Virus record (IMG/VR): IMGVR_UViG_3300044614_002617
Coordinates: 1 to 64,000 of that record
DNA from: a virus
Reading direction: 5' to 3' (one strand)
Length of the DNA stretch: 64,000 nucleotides
Shown here: piece after piece, positions 48,755 through 58,839 of the stretch
How positions within the stretch are numbered: the stretch's first letter is position 1
Layout: the number at the start of each line of letters is the position of its first letter
Notes under the pieces: generated by a model
Database searches by the model: none
What the model was told of the DNA's origin: nothing
What the model saw: only the letters and a program-made list of their open reading frames with translations
Translations under genes and position numbers: made by a program

Positions 48755-49537
48755 ATGGGACTAAAAGTCTTTGGATTGGGTGCAGTACAATCAGTCGATA
48801 AACAAGGCGAACTGATTGAAATTGCTAATATTGATACATCCAATCTACGTATGATTACAGACGAGCATAATTCTGACCAAAAGGGAGCTTGGTGTATTGT
48901 TGGCGGGATTACTGCCCACAAAAAGATTATGTCTGAAAAAGACTGCGAAACTCCCCGTCAAAAGAAGTGCTGGGACTTGGTAAAAGTTCCATATCTTTAT
49001 GTTGAAGGAGAACTCGCCGATGGACACCCTAACGCTGACGCCGCTGCTGCTCTTATCCGGTACACTGCTGCTAATCCTGATATTCCCCTAAAGATCGGTA
49101 TGTCAATTGAAGGGCTTATCTTGAAACGCGGTGGCCCAGAGGGCTCTGCCGAGCATAAAGTCATCAAGCAATCTTCTGCGGACGCTATCGCTATTACGGC
49201 CAAACCCTGTAATCCACAGGCCCAAATGTTTCCAATGAACGATCTTATGAAATCTTCGATTGAGCCTCCCCCTGCAGAATATCTACAGAAGTTCATGAAG
49301 TCCGAAGGGGCTACCGAGTCGTTTAAACACCGCCCAGAAATTCGTCTTCAGCAGAAGCTCCAAGAGTTGAAAAAATCTTTGGAAGATGTTTTAAAAGGTG
49401 GTACATGCTCTGTTAAGTGCTGGAACTGTGGTGACACTGAGCGCATGTTCAAAGCATCGAGAGAGTGGAGCAATCGTTGCAAAAAATGCGGAGATGCTCG
49501 TAGTATGAAAGACATCTGGAACGCTTTAAACCAATAA
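48755..49537 (+). CDS. Prohead protease-like protein with C-terminal zinc ribbon
   Basis: 'VDKQGE', 'LYVEGEL', 'GMSIEG' and 'AITAKPCNP' resemble HK97-type proteases. C-terminal 'CWNCG...CKKCG'. Confidence 0.7.
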   Translation: MGLKVFGLGAVQSVDKQGELIEIANIDTSNLRMITDEHNSDQKGAWCIVGGITAHKKIMSEKDCETPRQKKCWDLVKVPYLYVEGELADGHPNADAAAALIRYTAANPDIPLKIGMSIEGLILKRGGPEGSAEHKVIKQSSADAIAITAKPCNPQAQMFPMNDLMKSSIEPPPAEYLQKFMKSEGATESFKHRPEIRLQQKLQELKKSLEDVLKGGTCSVKCWNCGDTERMFKASREWSNRCKKCGDARSMKDIWNALNQ

Positions 49538-49546
49538 GAGGATGAT

Positions 49547-49924
49547 ATGCCAAACATTTTTTCTGACAATGGTGTAGCTGGACTAAAGCTAGATTACGGC
49601 GAAGCAACAAAAGCCGCTTTGGCTGCAGCCACGGAGCTTGCCCCGGTAATGTTGATTACGTTGGCAGATCAGTCTCATAAAATTATTTTCCATAATGATT
49701 CTGACCAAGAAGTGCAAGTTTTGATTGCAAACCCATCTAGCTTGGAAGGAGCTTGGCAAAAACTACTTTGTCTTGCTCCCGGGCAAAGTTTGCCAATTGA
49801 AAACTATGCTGGGCCTATGTGCCTATTTCCGCCTCGCACTAAATTTGCAGCATATTCTCTTGGATCGCATGTTGGAATCGCCGATCCGGAAGGCAAGTGC
49901 AGAGTTTACGCTTGGTTGGCGTAA
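49547..49924 (+). CDS. Small beta-rich putative virion protein
   Basis: GAGGA RBS. Follows the protease gene. Confidence 0.5.
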   Translation: MPNIFSDNGVAGLKLDYGEATKAALAAATELAPVMLITLADQSHKIIFHNDSDQEVQVLIANPSSLEGAWQKLLCLAPGQSLPIENYAGPMCLFPPRTKFAAYSLGSHVGIADPEGKCRVYAWLA

Positions 49925-49930
49925 ATAATT

Positions 49931-49956
49931 AAGGGGAGCTATGCTCCCCTTTTTTT
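49931..49956 (+). terminator. Rho-independent terminator AAGGGGAGC-TAT-GCTCCCCTT-T-tract
   Basis: Perfect 9-bp stem followed by a T-tract, between convergent genes. Confidence 0.8.
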
Positions 49957-50506
49957 ATTTCTTGCCCAGTCTTGCTACTTCTTGAACTATCACATCAAAG
50001 ACAGAAGTGCTTCTCTCGTCAGCCATCTCAAGTAGTCGCTTCAGAAGAAGCTCAAGGGTTTTATTAGCTATTTGTTTATCGTAATCAGCCTGAGCAGCCC
50101 CATGAACAATAATGCGATAATCACCCGTCGTAGCAACATCCTGGGTTTTATCTTTTAGAACCTTTGAAAGAACTTCTGGCTTTTTTGACCTCGCTTTTGA
50201 TGGGGTTTTCTTAGAAGAATTATTAAGAACAAACACATCTGGCTTGGGTGTAGGCTTAGCAACGGATGCCTTCTTGGATTTATTTTTTGATTTCTTGGAG
50301 GCAAACTCAGCCCTTAGTGCACTCAAGATTGGCAGCTCTTCAGAGGCGTTTTCTTTGTTTTCTTCTTGGTTAAGTGCCTGCTTAGCCTCCTCAAGAGAGG
50401 AAAACCGTCCCAAGTAGATCCTCTTGGAGTCACGAACGACTCTGACAAGATATTTACGTTCAGTTGCGCTGTAAGAAATACCCTTAATTCCAATTTTCAT
50501 AATCAT
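49955..50506 (-). CDS. AP2-domain DNA-binding protein
   Basis: 'KGISY....KYLVRV....RIYLGRFSSLEEA' AP2 motif, followed by a Lys-rich linker. No HNH domain. Confidence 0.65.
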   Translation of the reverse strand: MIMKIGIKGISYSATERKYLVRVVRDSKRIYLGRFSSLEEAKQALNQEENKENASEELPILSALRAEFASKKSKNKSKKASVAKPTPKPDVFVLNNSSKKTPSKARSKKPEVLSKVLKDKTQDVATTGDYRIIVHGAAQADYDKQIANKTLELLLKRLLEMADERSTSVFDVIVQEVARLGKK

Positions 50507-50766
50507 TCTCCCTCTTTAACAAATCTTTTGGTTACTGCACACCACTCTCCAAACATTCCATCGCGAGCAAAACGCCTATTGTCTTCAGCGGGATCGCCCA
50601 CATGAAGATGAGCAAGCCCTAGTTCATCCAATCTATGAACAGCCAAATTGAACATAGATGGCGCGTAGGTGCTACGCTCGTCGGCGTATCTTTGAGCCAT
50701 CCACATGGTATCTTCAATAATCTGTTTTAGTTTTTCATTTTCTTCCTTTAATTTTTTCATCGTCAC
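50503..50766 (-). CDS. Conserved phage hypothetical protein
   Basis: 'WMAQRYADERSTYAP...ARDGMFG' pattern. GGAGG RBS. Confidence 0.6.
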   Translation of the reverse strand: MTMKKLKEENEKLKQIIEDTMWMAQRYADERSTYAPSMFNLAVHRLDELGLAHLHVGDPAEDNRRFARDGMFGEWCAVTKRFVKEGE

Positions 50767-50854
50767 AGGACACCTCCCTTTCGCTGATAGTTAGCAGCAG
50801 CATCAAAGAAGATACCAAAACAGTCCCAAAAATTGCAAGAAGAATATTTTGCAT
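50735..50854 (-). CDS. 39-aa membrane-anchored peptide
   Basis: Read manually: MQNILLAIFGTVLVSSLMLLLTISERE... GGGGGG RBS. Confidence 0.45.
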   Translation of the reverse strand: MQNILLAIFGTVLVSSLMLLLTISEREVSCDDEKIKGRK

Positions 50855-50875
50855 AACTTACCCCCCATATCCTTC

Positions 50876-50902
50876 TATTCGGAAATTGCTTGAAAAACTT
50901 TA
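50876..50902 (-). promoter_or_regulatory. sigma28/FliA-type promoter TAAAGTTT...TCCGAATA (N15)
   Basis: The minus strand reads TAAA-GTTTTTCAAGCAATT-TCCGAATA, upstream of the minus-strand accessory operon. Confidence 0.55.
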
Positions 50903-50918
50903 GCCGTTATTGTAAAAT
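50890..50918 (+). promoter_or_regulatory. sigma70-type promoter TTGAAA-N17-TAAAAT
   Basis: Upstream of the fibre gene at 50960. Overlaps the divergent sigma28-type site. Confidence 0.55.
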
Positions 50919-50959
50919 AAGCCTATATTGTTGCACCCAAAATTCCCTAAGAGGGCAAA

Positions 50960-53900
50960 ATGTCTGAAATTTTACACAAAGACTTGATTGGCGAAGACAT
51001 TCACGAGTTGCGTATTGCGATTGGATCGTCTGCCCCTTCTTCTATGCCTTTGTTTGTCGGGCAGGGATATTACGATATTGTCAATAAAAAGTTTTATGTT
51101 TCGCAAGGAACGGCTACAATTTCTGATTGGGTTACCACGGAAATCCCTCCCTTTTTAGCATTTATGGATACAAGGACTATTACTTGGACTTCTAATACAG
51201 CTGGAAATCAAATCACTTACAGCGCAAATGTTGAAGAGGCTGAGCTAATCCTTACATCTGAAAATGTTACTGATTTTTCAAATGCTGTTTTGACTATTCC
51301 TCAAATTGTTTCCTTGTTGGCGGATCAACACACTCGTTTGATTATGAGAACCGGCGGCGAACCTCAGCCAACTGTTTGGAATCCTGTTTATTTCAATGGT
51401 CTAGAGCTCGATAGCGATTCTCAAAAAATCAGATTGTCACAAGATTTGTCGGATATTGGTACTCCTACTTTTAATGAAGTGACGCTTACTGTTAGAGCAA
51501 AAACCCCTATCCTAACTTTGACTCCGGATGGTGTGCCCGCTTCCGCATCGCTTTATCTTGATGCTGATAAAGGCATGGTTGCAAGAGGATACGCTGGTTC
51601 AACGTCTAGCTTTACGCTTCAGAACGAGGCTGGCACGGACGTACTTAACAATCCGGTTGGTTCTAATCAACTAATCGCCCCCTCGCTAGCGGCTGGAGCT
51701 GGAGCGTCGGGCGTGGTGCATTCCAACGCAAACGGTCTTTTAAGTGCATCTAAAATTGTCGATGCAGACGTTGATGCTGCAGCGGCAATTCAGGGAACCA
51801 AAATCGTCCCTGATTTTGGAAGTCAAGATATTACGACAACTGGCAGTATTTTTGTTGATACAATTGAATCGAATACTGATGATATTGGTATTTTGACAGG
51901 AAACGCAAACAAAAATATTTCGATTGGTACAGGCTCTGGATACAATACAATTACGCTTGGCGGCATAAACTCTACCGTTAATATCTCAGGAGCAACATAC
52001 ACCACTCCAATTGAGTATGTCTCTGAAGATAAAAACATTGTCGTAAACTTTAATGCATCTGGCCAGGATTCGCAGGACTCAGGCGTTTATGTTCAAGAAG
52101 AATACGCCGGTGCTCATATTGATTTGTTGGATGTCACCTGGCAATCTGGAAATACAGTTAGATATGCAGTTGACGGAGCCGGAAGCGGAGTTGATGGGCT
52201 TACTGCCGGCGAATATATTCGTGTTACTGGTTTTGTAAACAGTCAAAATAATGGAACTTTTAAGGCACTTACGGTAGATCCTGCATATATTGATGCCATT
52301 AACCCTAAAAGAACTGATGCCTCATTAGACGAAACCGGAGTTGCTGCTTCAAGCGCAGCTCGTTTGTTGCTAAACGGATATGTTCATGTGGGCTCTACTC
52401 GCATGAGCTGGGAAGTTCGAGCGCCTGCTCACTTGGGAATTATTGAACTAAAACCACAAGCAGTTGCAAAAACATTACTTTTAACTAGCGAATCCGCAGA
52501 CAACGTAACCGTTAAATTTAATACAAATTTGACGATTGATCAAGATTTGCAAAAAACCTCGGCGGTTGAGTTTTCTGAACTAACGGTTTCTGATTTAACT
52601 ACGGGCGTTCTGCATGCCGATGTGGACGGCAAGGTCTCTTCATCTTTGATTGTTAATGCCGATGTTGACGGTGCGGCTGCAATTGCAGGAACTAAAATTG
52701 TTCCTGACTTTGGAAGCCAAGATATTACAACGACTGGGCACTCTTCTTCTGCAAGTGTAAAAATTACCGGCACTGAACCAGTTGGAGGAGCTAATTTATT
52801 TTCTAGCCCCTCTAATGGATTAGTAGTTAGGGGAATTGCAGGAACAGGTTCTCAATTTAAATTTATAAGTGATTTGGGTGTAAATTTAGTAACAATTTCA
52901 GACACATCTGTTACTCTACATAACTTAACAAGTGGCCTAGTTAAATCATCCGCAGGTGTACTGTCGTCTTCCTTGCTTGTTGATGCCGATGTTGATGCAG
53001 CGGCTAATATTCAGGGCAGTAAGATTGAAGCGGCTAGTGCAACAAATGCGGGCGCCGTTACTACATCTTCGCAGTCATTTTCTGGAGATAAAACATTTAC
53101 CGGAAGCTTAACTTTTTCTAGTTTTGCTACGGCGGGAGTCGTTCATAACGATGAATACGGTTTGTTGTCTACATCGTTAATAATGAACGCCGACGTTGAT
53201 CCAATGGCAGCGATTTCTGCTTCTAAAATCGCCAATCAGCCAGCAGGAAACATTGCAGCCACGGACGTTCAAAGTGCGATCAATGAGATTGACACGGACA
53301 AAGTAGCAAAAGCCGGCGATAGTATGACCGGCAACCTATCCTTTTCCTCAAATTTTGGAATTGAGTCATCAGCCGCCTTAAGCACTTTAAATGTTGGTAC
53401 CGCTCCAAACACTTCTGTTCTTAATTTAGGAACAGGAAGCTCAACGAATGTGATTAATTTGGGAACGGGCTCTGGCGTAACCACAATTAATATTGGTGGC
53501 GCAGGCGATACAATTAATATTACGGGCACCCTAAACAGCGTTAATGTTACAGACATGGATGTAACTGATAAAAATATTACGCTCAATAAACAAGGGGCAC
53601 TAGCATCCGGAGACGGCGCCGGCCTTAATATTGAAGAAAATGCAGTTATTGCTGGATATGCTAAAGTTATAAACAGCCGAACAAGTTGGGGCTTTAAAGC
53701 GCCAGCAAATCAAGGAGAAGTTCAATTAACACCACCCGTTGGCTCATATATTGCAGAATTTAAGATCCCCGCATTAACAGCGTCGGCAGTTTATACGTTC
53801 CCCGCCGCAACCGACACCTTGGTTGGCCGAAATAGCACTGATAGTTTGTCTAACAAAACTCTTCTTGATCCGATTATTGATCAGATTAGTCCGTACAACG

Positions 53901-55867
53901 TAGATAAAACACTAAAAATTAACAGTACGGCAGCATTAAAAATTCCTGCTGGAACCGACGCACAGCGAGCTGCGTTTACTGCAGAAGACGGAATGGTTAG
54001 GTACAATACAACAAGTAATTTTTTTGAAGGTCATTCAGGCGGCGGGTGGTCACCGCTAAGCGGAGGAAAGGTTGTTACCGTATCTTCTTTTACTACTTTA
54101 TCTAATGAAATTAGATATTTAACAAACACATTTGCGGCACCGTTTGCGGTTACCTTGCCATTTGGCGTTTTAAATTCAAGAATTGAAATCAAAGATTCTA
54201 CATATACATGGAAAAACAACAACCTAACTGTTATCCCTGCATCGGGGCAAAGGATCGATGGGTTTGCGATCGATGAGCATTTAGTTTGCGATGTTGACGG
54301 TGGATGGATTACCCTAGATTGGGATTCTGCTAACTCTCGATGGAATCTTTCAACCAACGCAATTGTTGACCTAAACGACACATACGCGACTGAGAGTTAT
54401 GCCGGTATTGTTAGCACAGGGATTCAAACTTTTGCAGGCACAAAGACTTTTAACGATGGAATTGTGCTAAAAACAAATACAACTCCTGCGATTGCTCCCG
54501 CAGATGGGATTCAGGTTTACGCCAAAAATGATAACAAACTATACACGCTTAACTCTTTGGGTATTGAGCAGGCGGTTGGTTCCGGCGGATCTGTACTGTC
54601 TATTTCTCAAGCCGCACATGGTTTTACATTTAACGATATCGGTCGTCCCTTGTATCTTAACGGTTCAGTATATGCTTTTGCGCAAGCTGATACTGAAGCA
54701 AAAGCCGAAGTTGCTGCTCTGCTTAGTCGCGTTGTTGATGTTGATAATTTTGAAATTTGTCTTGGCGGGGAAGTGTCACCAGTTGGCGCAAACTTGATCG
54801 TCGGTGGCGGCGCTCTTACACCCGGAGAAGTGTATTTCCTCTCCGCATCCGAAGCTGGTAAGATTTCAACTACTCCACCTTCTGTTGTAGGTCAAATTTC
54901 CAAGCCCGTTGGTATTGCCCGAACTACGACTGAGCTTGATTTCTTCAATATGACCGGTTCTACAGTTGGCGGCACAAACGTATACACGCAGATTGGCCTT
55001 ACTAATAACGCGGTTACAACCATTCAAAATGCTTCGGCTTATGACAGCGTTGAGCTTTCTGGTTGGGTTTATGTTAACGCAACTGTTAAATATCGTTTTG
55101 CTATCAAAGTTCAGGTAACTAAAAAGGGCGATAATACTAATTATTTGGTAAGCTTCCAACATTCCGGTGACACTCCACCGTCTGGATTTGACGTTGACGC
55201 TACGGCGGCTGGTCTTGTGCAAGTCACATTACCCTCAATTGCCGGATTCACGTCTGCAGTTATTCAGTTTAATCTAAATGGCCCTGCGGTTGGCGCTAGC
55301 TTGCCGTTGCAAATCGAATCAACTAATGTAAGTTTTAGTACGGTACAGGCTAAAGATAGTACCGGTATTGCCTTTAAAAATTCATCCGGAACCACGGTCG
55401 CAACCTTAAATAATAGCGGCCATTTACTTTTGCCAAAAATTCCAGCGTTTTATGCATGGCGGCCTGGTGGCAATCAATCGACTTTAACGGGTGCGTTTGG
55501 AACGATTGCGCCCGTATTTAACACAACAAGAGTAAATGTTGATAACTGTTATAACACAACAAATGGTCGTTTTACCGCACCAGTTGCGGGTATTTATGAA
55601 TTCCAGTTTGGCATTACCGCAAGATGGGTGTCTGCGGTAGGAAATCTAGAACCAACATTCTATGTAGATGGTTCAAATGTTTCACCCAGAGGTTGTGGAT
55701 ATACAACATTAACTGCGGTTCAAGACCACGACTTTATGCATGTTTATGTAATGGTATCGCTCAATGCCGGACAATACGTTCAGTGCGGAATTCATGCTTG
55801 CTCCGCAGGTGTTGATTACTACTATGGTGAAAATTTAGCGTATTTTTCTGGTAAATTAATAGGTTAA
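50960..55867 (+). CDS. Long tail fibre protein with C-terminal C1q-like head
   Basis: Internal repeats 'IVDADVD..AAI.GTKIVPDFGSQDITTTG' and 'Q.F.G.KTF' fibre motifs. C-terminal 'PAF...GRFTAPVAGIYEF...FSGKLIG'. Confidence 0.75.
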   Translation: MSEILHKDLIGEDIHELRIAIGSSAPSSMPLFVGQGYYDIVNKKFYVSQGTATISDWVTTEIPPFLAFMDTRTITWTSNTAGNQITYSANVEEAELILTSENVTDFSNAVLTIPQIVSLLADQHTRLIMRTGGEPQPTVWNPVYFNGLELDSDSQKIRLSQDLSDIGTPTFNEVTLTVRAKTPILTLTPDGVPASASLYLDADKGMVARGYAGSTSSFTLQNEAGTDVLNNPVGSNQLIAPSLAAGAGASGVVHSNANGLLSASKIVDADVDAAAAIQGTKIVPDFGSQDITTTGSIFVDTIESNTDDIGILTGNANKNISIGTGSGYNTITLGGINSTVNISGATYTTPIEYVSEDKNIVVNFNASGQDSQDSGVYVQEEYAGAHIDLLDVTWQSGNTVRYAVDGAGSGVDGLTAGEYIRVTGFVNSQNNGTFKALTVDPAYIDAINPKRTDASLDETGVAASSAARLLLNGYVHVGSTRMSWEVRAPAHLGIIELKPQAVAKTLLLTSESADNVTVKFNTNLTIDQDLQKTSAVEFSELTVSDLTTGVLHADVDGKVSSSLIVNADVDGAAAIAGTKIVPDFGSQDITTTGHSSSASVKITGTEPVGGANLFSSPSNGLVVRGIAGTGSQFKFISDLGVNLVTISDTSVTLHNLTSGLVKSSAGVLSSSLLVDADVDAAANIQGSKIEAASATNAGAVTTSSQSFSGDKTFTGSLTFSSFATAGVVHNDEYGLLSTSLIMNADVDPMAAISASKIANQPAGNIAATDVQSAINEIDTDKVAKAGDSMTGNLSFSSNFGIESSAALSTLNVGTAPNTSVLNLGTGSSTNVINLGTGSGVTTINIGGAGDTINITGTLNSVNVTDMDVTDKNITLNKQGALASGDGAGLNIEENAVIAGYAKVINSRTSWGFKAPANQGEVQLTPPVGSYIAEFKIPALTASAVYTFPAATDTLVGRNSTDSLSNKTLLDPIIDQISPYNVDKTLKINSTAALKIPAGTDAQRAAFTAEDGMVRYNTTSNFFEGHSGGGWSPLSGGKVVTVSSFTTLSNEIRYLTNTFAAPFAVTLPFGVLNSRIEIKDSTYTWKNNNLTVIPASGQRIDGFAIDEHLVCDVDGGWITLDWDSANSRWNLSTNAIVDLNDTYATESYAGIVSTGIQTFAGTKTFNDGIVLKTNTTPAIAPADGIQVYAKNDNKLYTLNSLGIEQAVGSGGSVLSISQAAHGFTFNDIGRPLYLNGSVYAFAQADTEAKAEVAALLSRVVDVDNFEICLGGEVSPVGANLIVGGGALTPGEVYFLSASEAGKISTTPPSVVGQISKPVGIARTTTELDFFNMTGSTVGGTNVYTQIGLTNNAVTTIQNASAYDSVELSGWVYVNATVKYRFAIKVQVTKKGDNTNYLVSFQHSGDTPPSGFDVDATAAGLVQVTLPSIAGFTSAVIQFNLNGPAVGASLPLQIESTNVSFSTVQAKDSTGIAFKNSSGTTVATLNNSGHLLLPKIPAFYAWRPGGNQSTLTGAFGTIAPVFNTTRVNVDNCYNTTNGRFTAPVAGIYEFQFGITARWVSAVGNLEPTFYVDGSNVSPRGCGYTTLTAVQDHDFMHVYVMVSLNAGQYVQCGIHACSAGVDYYYGENLAYFSGKLIG

Positions 55868-55878
55868 CGGAGTAAAAC

Positions 55879-56331
55879 ATGGCAAAAACTACATTAATAG
55901 AAAAAGGCCAAATACTCCAATGCGCATATTATGGGGAGTTTAACGGCAGCGGTTCTAACAACAACTGGTCTTTGGTTTTAGGAACTGCGGCATTCACTCC
56001 AAGAAAAGCAAATTCTCAAATCTTAATAATGTACAACGGTACTCTTTATAACAACTCAACGCCATCCTCCGCAGGTGGTGGAGCGCGATTAAAAAGAAAT
56101 GGAGTTGTGATTCAGTCTGCTCAAAATGCGGATGGTGGAGGAACATCGCCATATGCAATGTATGCTTCTGGGTTGGGTAATATGGCTACGAGACTTCATT
56201 ACCAATACTTAGATACACCAAATACAACATCATCAATTAATTATTCAATAGAAGTATGTTCATATACTTCACCTGGTTCATCATTTACTGCGTTTGGTTG
56301 GTCAGTAGTGATAATGGAGATAGCGGGGTAA
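55879..56331 (+). CDS. Small beta-sandwich fibre-tip/adhesin protein
   Basis: 'FTPRKANSQILI...YLDTPNTTSSINY...MEIAG' pattern seen in phage fibre C-termini. Confidence 0.55.
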   Translation: MAKTTLIEKGQILQCAYYGEFNGSGSNNNWSLVLGTAAFTPRKANSQILIMYNGTLYNNSTPSSAGGGARLKRNGVVIQSAQNADGGGTSPYAMYASGLGNMATRLHYQYLDTPNTTSSINYSIEVCSYTSPGSSFTAFGWSVVIMEIAG

Positions 56332-56333
56332 GT

Positions 56334-56798
56334 ATGGCAAAAGTACCATTAATACAAAGCAGTTATCCAGTTTTCCCTGAACGACCATCATTTTTTATAG
56401 GTTGGCCTGGGGCAATGTCCTTAACTGGAACCGCTGCTCTTCCTCCTACGGGAGGAACGGTAAAATTTAATAATGGCTCTCATTTTAATACGTCAACAAT
56501 GCGATTTACTTGCCCTGTTGCTGGGCTGTATTTAATAGGTGCAAGCTATTTGCGACAAAATGCAAACAATGTTGTAGTTCGCATGAATGCTTTTAAAAAT
56601 GGAACTAATGAAAACCAACAATTGCGTTCTACTGAAGCATATACTGGTTTTAATTATACAGCTGGACAATGGTGGTTATTAAGAGCAAACATCGGAGATA
56701 TTTTAGATGTTAGGATTTCTGCAGATTCAGCAACAACTTTATATGCAGATGGTGGTAATGGTGAATATAATTGGATTTGTGGATATTTAGTGGGGTAA
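56334..56798 (+). CDS. Stand-alone C1q-like domain protein
   Basis: 'RPSF...RFTCPVAGLY...CGYLVG'. ATG 56334 preferred. Confidence 0.65.
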   Translation: MAKVPLIQSSYPVFPERPSFFIGWPGAMSLTGTAALPPTGGTVKFNNGSHFNTSTMRFTCPVAGLYLIGASYLRQNANNVVVRMNAFKNGTNENQQLRSTEAYTGFNYTAGQWWLLRANIGDILDVRISADSATTLYADGGNGEYNWICGYLVG

Positions 56799-56801
56799 TA
56801 T

Positions 56802-57509
56802 ATGTCATCGTCAGTAATTAAACAACAATCTTCGGGTATTGCGACAGAAACGCAAAGTGGACTAGTTAGCACTGATACACAATCGTTCGGTGGCGACAAA
56901 ACGTTTGCGGGCACTAAAGTAGTGGTAAATGGCAATGTTGGAGTGGGCACTGCAACGCCGGGCGCTAAAATGCAACTTTCCGCAGGAGATGCTTCGTATG
57001 CTTGGTACGGCCCAAATACAACATGGGGTGGATTTCTTATAGTTGGTGCATGTCCGAATCAAGTTACTACACTTAAAGCACAAATCATTTCAACCGATGG
57101 CAATATGCATTTAGACTCAGCAACATCAAAAAGTGCTTATATAAATTATTACTCACAAGGCAATACATATATTAATGGGCAAGCCGGAAATGTTGGAATA
57201 GGAACATTAACGCCTAGTTATAAGTTACATGTGAACGGTTCTGGATTTTTTAGTTCAAGCGTTTTTTGTAATAAAGGTGGATTTTCAAGCGGAGATGGAA
57301 ACTATCTTAACGGATTAGACGGATTCTACGGTTCAAGTTACGATGGTTATTATCTTATGAATCGACCAGGATTTAGCAGTGCATTTTGGCAACATGACCA
57401 TGGTGGTTCTACTGGAACTATTCAATGGGCAACTTCGTACGGTCAAGCTTTATATAGAAGAAATCGAACTGATAATAATACTTGGACAGCATGGAGGCAG
57501 GTTGACTAA
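56802..57509 (+). CDS. Short fibre protein
   Basis: N-terminal 'ATETQSGLVST.TQSFGGDKTF', two 'GNVG.GT.TP..KL' repeats and a C-terminal 'WTAWRQ'. Confidence 0.65.
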   Translation: MSSSVIKQQSSGIATETQSGLVSTDTQSFGGDKTFAGTKVVVNGNVGVGTATPGAKMQLSAGDASYAWYGPNTTWGGFLIVGACPNQVTTLKAQIISTDGNMHLDSATSKSAYINYYSQGNTYINGQAGNVGIGTLTPSYKLHVNGSGFFSSSVFCNKGGFSSGDGNYLNGLDGFYGSSYDGYYLMNRPGFSSAFWQHDHGGSTGTIQWATSYGQALYRRNRTDNNTWTAWRQVD

Positions 57510-57856
57510 TGATCTTATATTTAAACATTAAAGAAAACAGAATAGAAGCCATCTTAAAACGTCCAGACCCTAACAACCCCTTTAAACCATATTGTAAGGA
57601 GTTAGAACTTCCTGATGATTTTAATATTCAAGTTGAATATTTAAATGCTGAGGGGGAATCTCGCCTTAGGGAAATGACGGTCGAAGAGTTAGAAACTGCG
57701 TTGAGCTACAGAGAACGAAGATATAATAATTATCCAAAACTTGCAGAACAGATGGATATGCTTTGGCATGCTATGGACAAAGGGGAATTACCCAAGGTTG
57801 AATCTTTTTACAATGCTATTAAACAAGTTAAAGAACAATTTCCTAAAGATAACTAA
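57509..57856 (+). CDS. Tail fibre assembly chaperone-like protein
   Basis: 'YRERR...YP...EQMDMLWH...IKQVKEQFPK' motif, following a fibre gene. Confidence 0.6.
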   Translation: MILYLNIKENRIEAILKRPDPNNPFKPYCKELELPDDFNIQVEYLNAEGESRLREMTVEELETALSYRERRYNNYPKLAEQMDMLWHAMDKGELPKVESFYNAIKQVKEQFPKDN

Positions 57857-57881
57857 TTTTGGACTATTTGTGGAGTAAGAA

Positions 57882-58826
57882 ATGTCATCCTCGGTAATAT
57901 CTCAACAATCCTTAGGGCTAGCGACCGAGACTCAGAGCGGATTGGTTGGTACTGGGACACAATCGTTCAGTGGGGATAAGACGTTTGCCGGCGCGTATAC
58001 TGTTAGGGCAATTCAGCAGGTGGGCGTGCCAAATATAGGAACGCACGCAGGATATCTTATACTTGCAAAAGCGTATGTAAGCGGATTGCAAGAAGTTTCT
58101 GAAATTACAGGAACATTTTTGTTAAGCAGAGGTGGCACCGGAACCGGCAACAGAGGAGACACTTATACAGTTGTATCAAGATCGGCATACAATGGAGAGG
58201 GCTTAACTGTTCAGGTTTCAGTTGCGGGTAATCGTTTTTTTGTGAGAACAGTCAAGGTTACTTACCAAGGAACGATATACCATGCAATAGAAACTACTGT
58301 AACTGGGGGCGAACCAAATAATGGCATTTCATTCCAAGGTGTTATCAAAAATGCAACCCCGATTTATGTAGATGCTACATATGTTTCAAGTATTTCTGCC
58401 TTTGGAAACTTTACGATTTTAGAAAACGGAATACTTCAAAAACCTCAAACTCCGTCTTTTAGTGGTTCGTTTTCTACATATACATCGAATACGTCAAATT
58501 ATAACCCCAACCTAGCGACTTCTTTTAATGTTGGATTTGCTGTAAATGCTGGGCAATCTAGGATTACGGTTCCAGTTGCAGGAAAATATTTTGTTCAGGC
58601 TCAGCAGCTTGTAAATACCGTTGGAACAAGTGTTTATTTACATATAAGGAAAAATTCAAACACAGTAAGATATGCGTATAGCAATAATGACGATACATAC
58701 GACATGAACGTGTCTGCTATGGTAGATTGTGCAGCAAACGATTATATTGATTTTTATTATTCTGGAACGACAACATATTCGTGGGCAGACCCTCACTCCG
58801 GTGTTATTTGCTATTTAATAGGATAA
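57882..58826 (+). CDS. Short fibre protein with C1q-like head
   Basis: Same N-terminus as 56802. 'TPSF...RITVPVAGKY...CYLIG'. Confidence 0.65.
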   Translation: MSSSVISQQSLGLATETQSGLVGTGTQSFSGDKTFAGAYTVRAIQQVGVPNIGTHAGYLILAKAYVSGLQEVSEITGTFLLSRGGTGTGNRGDTYTVVSRSAYNGEGLTVQVSVAGNRFFVRTVKVTYQGTIYHAIETTVTGGEPNNGISFQGVIKNATPIYVDATYVSSISAFGNFTILENGILQKPQTPSFSGSFSTYTSNTSNYNPNLATSFNVGFAVNAGQSRITVPVAGKYFVQAQQLVNTVGTSVYLHIRKNSNTVRYAYSNNDDTYDMNVSAMVDCAANDYIDFYYSGTTTYSWADPHSGVICYLIG

Positions 58827-58839
58827 AAAGGAGAATAAT

